Source of the DNA: Octopus sinensis
Taxonomy: Eukaryota
Direction: 5' to 3'
DNA length: 6,700 nt
Assembly: GCF_006345805.1 (NCBI RefSeq)
Contig: NW_021829240.1
Coordinates: forward strand, 1 to 6,700
Shown: piece after piece, positions 1 to 6,178 of the stretch
Numbering within the stretch: the first letter of the stretch is position 1
Layout of the letters: each line of letters starts with the position of its first letter
The notes under the pieces: model-generated
Database searches by the model: none
Seen by the model: only the letters and a program-made list of their open reading frames with translations
What the model was told of the DNA's origin: nothing
Position numbers and translations under genes: made by a program

Positions 1-530
1 TACGTTTTGAGTTCAAATTCCGCTGAGGTCGACTTTGCCTTCATATCCTTTCGGGGTCGATTTTAAATAAGTACCAGTTACGCCACTGAGGGGTCGATAT
101 AATCGACTTAATCCGTTGTCTGTCTTTGTTGTCTTCTCTGTGTTTAGCCTTTGTAGGTAGTAAAGAAATAGGTTTTCGTCTGCCACTACGTTCTGAGTAT
201 CAAATTCCGCTGAGGTCGACTTTGCCTTTCATCCTTTCGAGGTCGATAAATTAAGTACCAGTTACGCACTGAGGTTAATATAATCGACTTAATCCATTTG
301 TTTGTCCTCTCTGTGTTTAGCCCTTTGTAGGTAGTAAAGAAATAGGCATTTCGTCTGCTGTTACGTTCTGAGTTCAAATTCCGCCGAGGTCGACTTTGCT
401 TTTCATCCTTTCGGTGTCGATAAATTAAGTACCAGTTACGCACTGGGGTCGATGTAATCGACTTAATCCGTTTGTCTGTCCTTCTTTGTCCCCTCTCTGT
501 GTAGCTCCTTATGGGCAGTAAAGAAATAAG
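1..530 (+). mobile_element. Young tRNA-derived SINE, tandem multimer of >=3 body units (1-170 partial, 171-344, 345-530); head lies upstream of the window
   Basis: Three direct repeats of ~175-185 bp. Each has a Pol III B-box-like GAGTTCAAATTCC (9-21, variant at 195-208, 370-382), the central block GTCGACTTTGCCTTTCATCCTTTCGGGGTCGATAAATTAAGTACCAG, and the end GTAAAGAAATAG. The same sequence occurs inverted, with its head, at 3870-4277. Confidence 0.9.
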
Positions 531-690
531 AAGACATTCCAGCTGCAATCATCTTTTTAGGCATAGGGTATCCAAGTCTATATTTTTCTACCTGTCTTTC
601 CTTTACCCTGTCAGAGGTAAAGTACGTTATTTGGAGAGATTTAACTGCTATTTCTAGTATTATGTATGCTCACATAGTGGCAACGTAGTT
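531..690 (-). repeat. Old ~200-300 bp interspersed element, copy A (left part cut off by the SINE at 1-530)
   Basis: Shares CATTCCAGC (535-543) and GATTTAACTGCTATTTCTAG (638-657), in the same order, with copies at 2786, 3058, 3441 and 3823. Strand is inferred from (GTT)n = (AAC)n tail-like tracts left of other copies. Confidence 0.6.
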
Positions 691-737
691 ATTGTTCTTG
701 CTAGTATTATTGTTGTTGCTGTTGTTATTGTCATTAA

Positions 738-926
738 GGCGGCGAGTTGGCAGACTCGTTAGCATGATGGACGAAATGCTTAGCAGTGGTGTTTCGCCCG
801 TCGCTCTGTTCTGAGTTCAAATTCTACCAGGTCAACTTTGCCTTTTATTCTCTCGGGGTCGATGAATTAAGTACCAGTTGAGTACTGGGGGGTCAATGTT
901 CTGCTTATAGTAGAAAAGATTATTAT
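738..926 (+). mobile_element. Older monomeric tRNA-derived SINE, related subfamily with a different 3' tail
   Basis: Head GGCGGCGAGTTGGCAGACTCGTTAGC matches the minus-strand head starting at 4277. It has a B-box GAGTTCAAATTC and the central block CAACTTTGCCTTTTATTCTCTCGGGGTCGATGAATTAAGTACCAG, ends ...ATAGTAGAAAAGATTATTATT, and sits in (GTT/ATT)n low-complexity sequence. Confidence 0.85.
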
Positions 927-965
927 TTTTTATTGTTTGTAATTCTTGTTGTTGCTGTTGTTGTT

Positions 966-1125
966 TTAACAATATGTCAACTGTGACCGATAAAAGTTAT
1001 GATGAGTCATAATGTTATAAGATGATGCAGTTTGGTCCGCTTCTCACTTACGACAGTACAGTGTAGTTTGAGATTTAGCTGTTATTTCGAGCTAATCGAG
1101 CGACTGCGCTTAAGACTCCCTAGTT
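966..1125 (-). repeat. Old interspersed element, copy B
   Basis: GTCAACTGTGACCGAT (~976-991) resembles TTCCAGCCGTGACCAT, and GATTTAGCTGTTATTTCGAG lies at 1072-1091. A (GTT)n tract precedes it at 947-966. Confidence 0.5.
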
Positions 1126-1195
1126 GATCTGTAACTCTTACCGCCGTAGTTGTTATATACTTCCATTCACACCTACTGACCCCAGAAAATTGAAA

Positions 1196-1230
<35 letters not shown>

Positions 1231-1400
1231 ATGGTTGACCTGTAACTGTTACCACCGTTGTTGTTATATACTTCCATTCACATCTGCTGACCCCAGAAAA
1301 TTGAAAAAAAAAAAAAATAAATAAAGGGTTGACCTGTAACTGTTACCACCGTTGTTGTTATATACTTCCATTCACATCTGCTGACCCCAGAAAATTGAAA

Positions 1401-1443
<43 letters not shown>

Positions 1444-2582
1444 AGGGTTGACCTGTAACTGTTACCACCGTTGTTGTTATATACTTCCATTCACATCTGC
1501 TGACCCCAGAAAATTGAAATAAATAAATAAATAAATAAATAAACAAATAAATAAATAAATAAATAAATAAAGGGTTGACCTGTAACTGTTACCACCGTTG
1601 TTGTTATATACTTCCATTCACATTGCTGACCCCATAAAATTGAAAAAAAAAAATAAATAAATAAATAAAGGGTTGACCTGTAACTGTTACCACCGTTGTT
1701 GTTATATACTTCCATTCACATCTGCTGACCCCAGAAAATTGAAAAAAAAAAAAAAATTAATTAAAGGGTTGACCTGTAACTGTTACCACCGTTGTTGTTA
1801 TATACTTCCATTCACATCTGCTGACCCCAGAAAATTGAAAAAAATAAATAAATAAATAAAGGGTTGACCTGTAACTGTTACCACCGTTGTTGTTATATAC
1901 TTCCATTCACATCTGCTGACCCCAAGAAAATTGAAAAAAAAAAAAAAAAATAAATAAAGGGTTGACCTGTAACTGTTACCACCGTTGTGTTATATACTTC
2001 CATTCAATCTGCTGACCCCAGAAAATTGAAATAATAAAAAAATAAAAAATAATAAATAAATAAATAAAGGGTTGACCTGTAACTGTTACCACCGTTGTTG
2101 TTATATACTTCCATTCACAATCTGCTGACCCCAGAAAATTGAAATAAATAAATAAATAAACAAATAAATAAATAATAAATAAATAAAGGGTTGACCTGTT
2201 AACTGTTACCACCGTTGTTGTTATATACTTCCATTCACATTGCTGACCCCATAAAATTGAAAAAAAAATAAATAAATAAATAAAAAAGGGTTGACCTGTA
2301 ACTGTTACCACCGTTGTTGTTATATACTTCCATTCACATCTGCTGACCCCAGAAAATTGAAAAAAAAAAAAATAAATAAATAAAGGGTTGACCTGTAACT
2401 GTTACCACCGTTGTTGTTATATACTTCCATTCACATCTGCTGACCCCAGAAAATTGAAAAAAAATAAAAATAAATAAATAAATAAAGGGTTGACCTGTAA
2501 CTGTTACCACCGTTGTTGTTATATACTTCCATTCACATCTGCTGACCCCAGAAAATTGAAAAAAAAAAATTTTTAATTAAAG
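1123..2582. repeat. Tandem minisatellite array, 14 units: 75-bp conserved core plus variable poly-A/(TAAA)n linker (period ~93-127 bp)
   Basis: Core GGGTTGACCTGTAACTGTTACCACCGTTGTTGTTATATACTTCCATTCACATCTGCTGACCCCAGAAAATTGAAA starts at about 1123 (diverged), 1233, 1326, 1445, 1572, 1670, 1766, 1861, 1959, 2069, 2188, 2288, 2385 and 2487. Confidence 0.97.
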
Positions 2583-2584
2583 CT

Positions 2585-2695
2585 CAAAACAAAGATGACC
2601 TCGGCGAGATTCGAACTCGAAACATATGCATCAGCAACTGTAATACCGTACGTAATGCATTTCATCTGAACGCTCTACCGATCCTGTTGCTGTCG
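2585..2695 (-). mobile_element. Decayed tRNA-derived SINE head abutting the array
   Basis: The minus strand reads ...GGATCGGTAGAGCG...GAAATGC...CGGTATT...GTTTCGAGTTCGAATCTCGCCGAGGTCATCTTTG. This is collinear with the young SINE (GTTCTGAGTTCAAATTCCGCCGAGGTCGACTTTG) and includes a B-box GAGTTCGAATC. Confidence 0.7.
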
Positions 2696-2785
2696 AAATT
2701 ACTCTCACTGCAGATACCTAAGCTGTTTGTTAGTAGTCACACCAAACGGTGAAACGATAACGTTCACAGCTGATTTTGTTATTCA

Positions 2786-3040
2786 GTTCCAGGTCTTTGC
2801 ACTCAGTGACCAGAGAAACATGATTAAAAATGCATTCCAAACATGACCATCTCATTTGATTTTGTCGTTTTTTTTCATTTTTACAAACACAGTGTCTTTC
2901 AAAGGCGACAATATTCCTGTTTATCCTTTTATTTATTATTATTATTATTATTAAAGCAATACAGCGATGCACAGAGAGTGAGATATATTTGACGTCTAAC
3001 AAGCTGAGCTGAGCAACCACGTTGAAAAGTCTCCTTCGAT
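2786..3040 (-). repeat. Old interspersed element, copy C
   Basis: CCAGGTC at ~2789, CATTCCAAACATGACCAT at 2833-2850, and a decayed right end TCTAACAAG...GAGCAACCACGTTG...TCTCCTTCG. Confidence 0.5.
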
Positions 3041-3057
3041 CTAGCTTTCATTGTAGT

Positions 3058-3266
3058 TTAACACCAGGTCATCAGAGCATATACCTTTCCGTGATGTAAA
3101 ACATTCCAGCCGTGACCACTCCGCCTTTTTAAAGCTATGCTCGGAGCTACAGTATTCAGCATATCTTGTTTCCTTATTTTATGATGATACGCCGGTATGA
3201 TATAACAGAGAATTTAGCTGCTATTTCTTCTAGCTCACGCAACGACGTACAGCCGCCACCCTCTGG
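3058..3266 (-). repeat. Old interspersed element, copy D
   Basis: TTAACACCAGGTC at ~3058, CATTCCAGCCGTGACCAC at 3102-3119, and AATTTAGCTGCTATTTCTTCTAG at 3211-3233. Confidence 0.65.
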
Positions 3267-3269
3267 CAA

Positions 3270-3433
3270 TGGTGTTGCCGTAGTCGTTGTTGGTGTTGGT
3301 GGTGGTGTTGTTATTACTGTTGCAACTGCAGCAGCTGTTGTTATCGATGTTGTTATTACTGCTGTTGCCGCAGTCAGAGTTATATTGTTATTGTTGTTGC
3401 AGCTGCTAATTATTGTTGCTGCTGTTGTTGTTG
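3270..3433. repeat. Degenerate (GTT/GCT/GGT)n trinucleotide low-complexity tract
   Basis: Directly visible. It accounts for the Val/Ala/Leu runs in ORF 3166-3489. Confidence 0.85.
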
Positions 3434-3440
3434 CCAGAAT

Positions 3441-3736
3441 TCAACCCCAGGTCGGCATTGATTCATTCACTAGATTATACTATATATAGTATATATATAT
3501 ATATATATATTCACATAGCCAAAAGCGCTCCAGTCTTTCAACATACCGTCCGATTTATTTATTCATTTAATTATTTAATTAATTATTTATTTCATTTCAG
3601 GCATTGCATATCCAGGCCTGCATTATTTCAACACATCCTTCCTTCCTTCCAGGTATGGTCTAAAGGAAAATTAGGCTACTATTTCTAGCAGAACAAGCAA
3701 CCCATGTAGCGACTTGACTTCTTTACATGACTCGTT
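3441..3736 (-). repeat. Old interspersed element, copy E, with an internal (TA)n at 3480-3509
   Basis: TCAACCCCAGGTCGGC at 3441. TTTCAGGCATTGCATATCCAGG is homologous to TTTTAGGCATAGGGTATCCAAG at ~555. AATTAGGCTACTATTTCTAGCAG lies at 3669-3691. Confidence 0.6.
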
Positions 3737-3822
3737 GTTATTCATTCTCCTGTTTCTCTTCGCAAAAACACCGTGGCTTCTGCAGTCGACAATGAAATTT
3801 AATACAGTTGTTGATATTATTA

Positions 3823-4467
3823 TTTAACCCCAGTTCTGCCCTGAACGAGTCGATCTATATTCGAATACCTATTTCTTTACTACCCACAAGGGGCTAAACA
3901 CAGAGGGGACAAACAAAGGCAGAAAAACGGATTAAGTCGATTACACCGACTCCAGTGCGTAACTGGTACTTATTTAATCGACCCAGAAAGGCAAAGTCGA
4001 CATCGGCGGAATTTGAACTCAGAACGTAGCGGCAAACGAAATACCTATTTCTTTACTACCCACAAGGGGCTAAACACAGAGGGGACAAACAAGGACAGAC
4101 ATAGGTATTAAGTCGATTAGATCGACCCCCAGTGCGTAACTGGTACTTAATTTATCGACCCCGAAAGGATGAAAGGCAAAGTCGACCTCGGCGGAATTTG
4201 AACTCAGAACGTAACGGCGGACAAAATACAGCTACGCATTTCGCCCGGCGTGCTGACGTTTCTGCCAGCTCGCCGCCTTCTATATTCGAATACCATCCGA
4301 CCGTAACCAGTCCGGGGTTGGTTTTCTTTCTGTTTTTTTTTTTTACGCATGTATTATTAAATTTGTCCTCATTTAAGGACAAAAGACAAAAACATTCGGT
4401 TTTGAATTGAAGGTGATTTAGCTGTTATGTCTAACAAGTCGAACGACCATCTTGTGGAAACTTCGTT
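3823..4467 (-). repeat. Old interspersed element, copy F, interrupted by the young SINE (element = 3823-3869 plus 4279-4467)
   Basis: TTTAACCCCAGTTCTGCCCTGA lies left of the SINE. CCATCCGACCGTAACC and GATTTAGCTGTTATGTCTAACAAGTCGAACGACCA (from 4415) lie right of it. Confidence 0.6.
3870..4277 (-). mobile_element. Young full-length tRNA-derived SINE: one head plus two tandem body units, flanked by a 16-bp TSD
   Basis: The minus strand starts GGCGGCGAGCTGGCAGAAACGTCAGC (A-box-like), with a B-box at 4193-4205. Body 1 spans ~4231-4046 and body 2 spans 4045-3870. The perfect direct repeat TCTATATTCGAATACC lies at 3854-3869 and 4279-4294. Confidence 0.93.
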
Positions 4468-4496
4468 TTACTTTGGTCATTGTTATTGCTTGCTTG

Positions 4497-4556
4497 GTCC
4501 CAAGCCAATGCCGAGTAAAAACCTATGAACATAGTTGTCCATCCGTGACCATCTCG
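4497..4556 (-). repeat. Old interspersed element, partial copy G
   Basis: CCCAAG...CCGAGTAAAAACCTATGA...GTCCATCCGTGACCATC (4537-4553) is collinear with the left half of the other copies. Confidence 0.45.
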
Positions 4557-4585
4557 TAGCGGTTGTTGGGTAAATATTATTGTAA

Positions 4586-5072
4586 ACTGTTGCTGCTGCT
4601 TACTACTACTACTACTACTACTACAGCTTCTGCTACTACTGCTACTGTTACTGCTGCTACCGGTGCAGTTACTGTAGTAGTGGTGGTGGTGGTGGTGGTA
4701 GTGGTGGTGGGGTGGTGGTAGTGGTGGTGGTGGTGGTGATGATGATGATGGTGGTGGTAGTGGTAGTGGTGGTGGTGGTGGTGGTGATGATGGTGGTGGT
4801 GGTGATGATGGTGGTGGTGGTGGTGATGGTGGTGGTGGTGGTAGTGGTGGTGGTGGTGATGATGGTGGTGGTGGTGGTAGTGGTGGTGGTGGTGGTGGTG
4901 GTGGTGGTAGTGGTGGTGGTGGTGATGATGGTGGTGGTGGTGGTAGTGGTGGTGGTGGTGATGATGATGATGGTGGTGGTGGTGGTGGTGGTGGTAGTGG
5001 TGGTGGTGGTGGTAGTTATAGTAACAGTAGTGGCACTAGTACTATAAATGTTATTATTACAACTACTACAAC
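4586..5072. repeat. Compound trinucleotide microsatellite: (GCT/ACT)n 4586-4670, long (GGT)n with GAT/AGT interruptions ~4674-5015, decayed (AGT/ACT/ACA)n tail
   Basis: Directly visible. Confidence 0.97.
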
Positions 5073-5312
5073 AAACATTATGTCTATTTTACAATGCAAA
5101 TGGTGAACAATAACGTCGTTAGCCGTGGAATGTTTCGCTATTGTCAAATCATGTTTACTGCATTTCAGAGCGTGACGGTGAAAAAGGGAGAACATCAGCA
5201 ACTCGGGGTAGAACAAATATAGCAAAGGCTTTCTGTACATGAGCACAGTTTTTCAGTTTTCTCACCGTTGTTTAGATCCTTCAGTGATTGATATATGTCA
5301 TTATCAAAGTGC

Positions 5313-5352
5313 ATATACATATATATATATATTATATATATATATATATATA
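5313..5352. repeat. (TA)n microsatellite
   Basis: Directly visible. Confidence 0.95.
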
Positions 5353-5472
5353 TCACCGTGATCACCGTGACCGACTAGGCTATCAGATGTTGCTACACAT
5401 CGCTGGTCACAATGCGCTTCGCATTGTTTTAGCCTTCAAATGATGGCACCCCGCTGGCTAAGCGAGCAGGCA

Positions 5473-5473
<1 letters not shown>
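5353..5473 (-). mobile_element. Probable 5'-truncated 3' end of a retroelement inserted in a (TA)n tract
   Basis: A 121-bp GC-richer island with (TA)n on both sides. It has a terminal 9-bp tandem (TCACCGTGA)x2 at 5353-5370 and a perfect hairpin ACAATGCG-CTT-CGCATTGT at 5409-5427. Class and strand are inferred. Confidence 0.55.
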
Positions 5474-5556
<83 letters not shown>

Positions 5557-5563
5557 GAGAGAG
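5474..5563. repeat. (TA)n-(GA)n compound microsatellite
   Basis: (TA)n at 5474-5509, then (AG)n to 5563. Confidence 0.95.
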
Positions 5564-5923
5564 TTATGAGAGGTAATGGTTGGTGTCATTGAGACCCAAA
5601 GGTGTCAGGTAATGCTGAATAAGTGCTATAGACAGACCATAGTTAAGTTCCAGGTTCGGTAATTTTGCGAATAAGGGGTTCAACGTTGCTTCTATGTCAC
5701 CGTGTGTATATAAGAATTTTTTGCTTAATGAAATAAAAAAAAAACTAAGGCTGGGAAGAGAAAGAGTGGGGGAATCTGTTCCAAAGGTTTGTCCTGCAGA
5801 GAAGAGCCTGTTTATACAGTGAAGTCGGCTAAATGTTTAGTGGAAATCACCTATCGTGATCATTTGGGGACAGAGCCTTTATATAACAATAAGCAGGTGA
5901 TATATATTATATATATATATATA

Positions 5924-6145
5924 GCGACTGAAGAAGGGGTTTTTTCCTTGTGTTAATTGTCCTGTACTCTATTTTTTTTGTTGTTTAAAAAAATGTCCAG
6001 TTCCTTGGGTTTGTGTCCATGTTTTCGTTTCTCATTGTGTTCGACGATCTTTTTGGTGTCCTGTACTCATATATGCGTGTATATGTACATGTAGAGGTAG
6101 GTACGTACATATATGTTTATATATATGCATATGTTTTATTTATTA
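5924..6145. repeat. Probable interspersed-repeat fragment embedded between (TA)n tracts
   Basis: Flanked by (TA)n at 5900-5923 and 6146-6176. It has an internal 12-bp direct repeat TGTCCTGTACTC at 5958-5969 and 6057-6068 and is strongly T-skewed. Confidence 0.4.
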
Positions 6146-6178
6146 ATATATATATATACATATATACATATATATAGC

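Noticed and set aside
186-548. 120-aa minus-strand ORF, and ORFs 4132-4410 and 4152-4382
   Set aside because: They are read-throughs of SINE copies. The shared peptide RNWYLIYRP merely reflects the SINE sequence.
1278-2311. ORFs in the array (1278-1490, 1358-1546, 1491-1715, 1673-1855, 1976-2311)
   Set aside because: These are translations of the repeat (YLFI runs from TTTA), and the frame changes from unit to unit.
1123-2582. CRISPR array (constant repeat, variable spacer, one degenerate terminal repeat)
   Set aside because: The repeat is 75 bp, the spacers are only A/(TAAA)n slippage variants with no unique information, there are no cas genes, and the context is eukaryotic.
2730-3688. ORFs 2730-3020, 3166-3489 and 3413-3688
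   Set aside because: They overlap decayed repeats and low-complexity tracts and show no recognisable domain.
4150-4190. Hammerhead ribozyme in the young SINE unit (CCCCGAAAGGATGAAAGG)
   Set aside because: I found no CTGANGA core in proper register with a GAAA on either strand, so a classical retrozyme call is not supported.
4190-4277. Functional tRNA gene
   Set aside because: A/B-box-like motifs are present, but there is no cloverleaf or terminator and the sequence runs into the SINE body.
4712-5047. Poly-Val/Met ORF (or poly-His/Thr/Pro on the other strand)
   Set aside because: It is pure microsatellite with no flanking coding context or supported splice sites.
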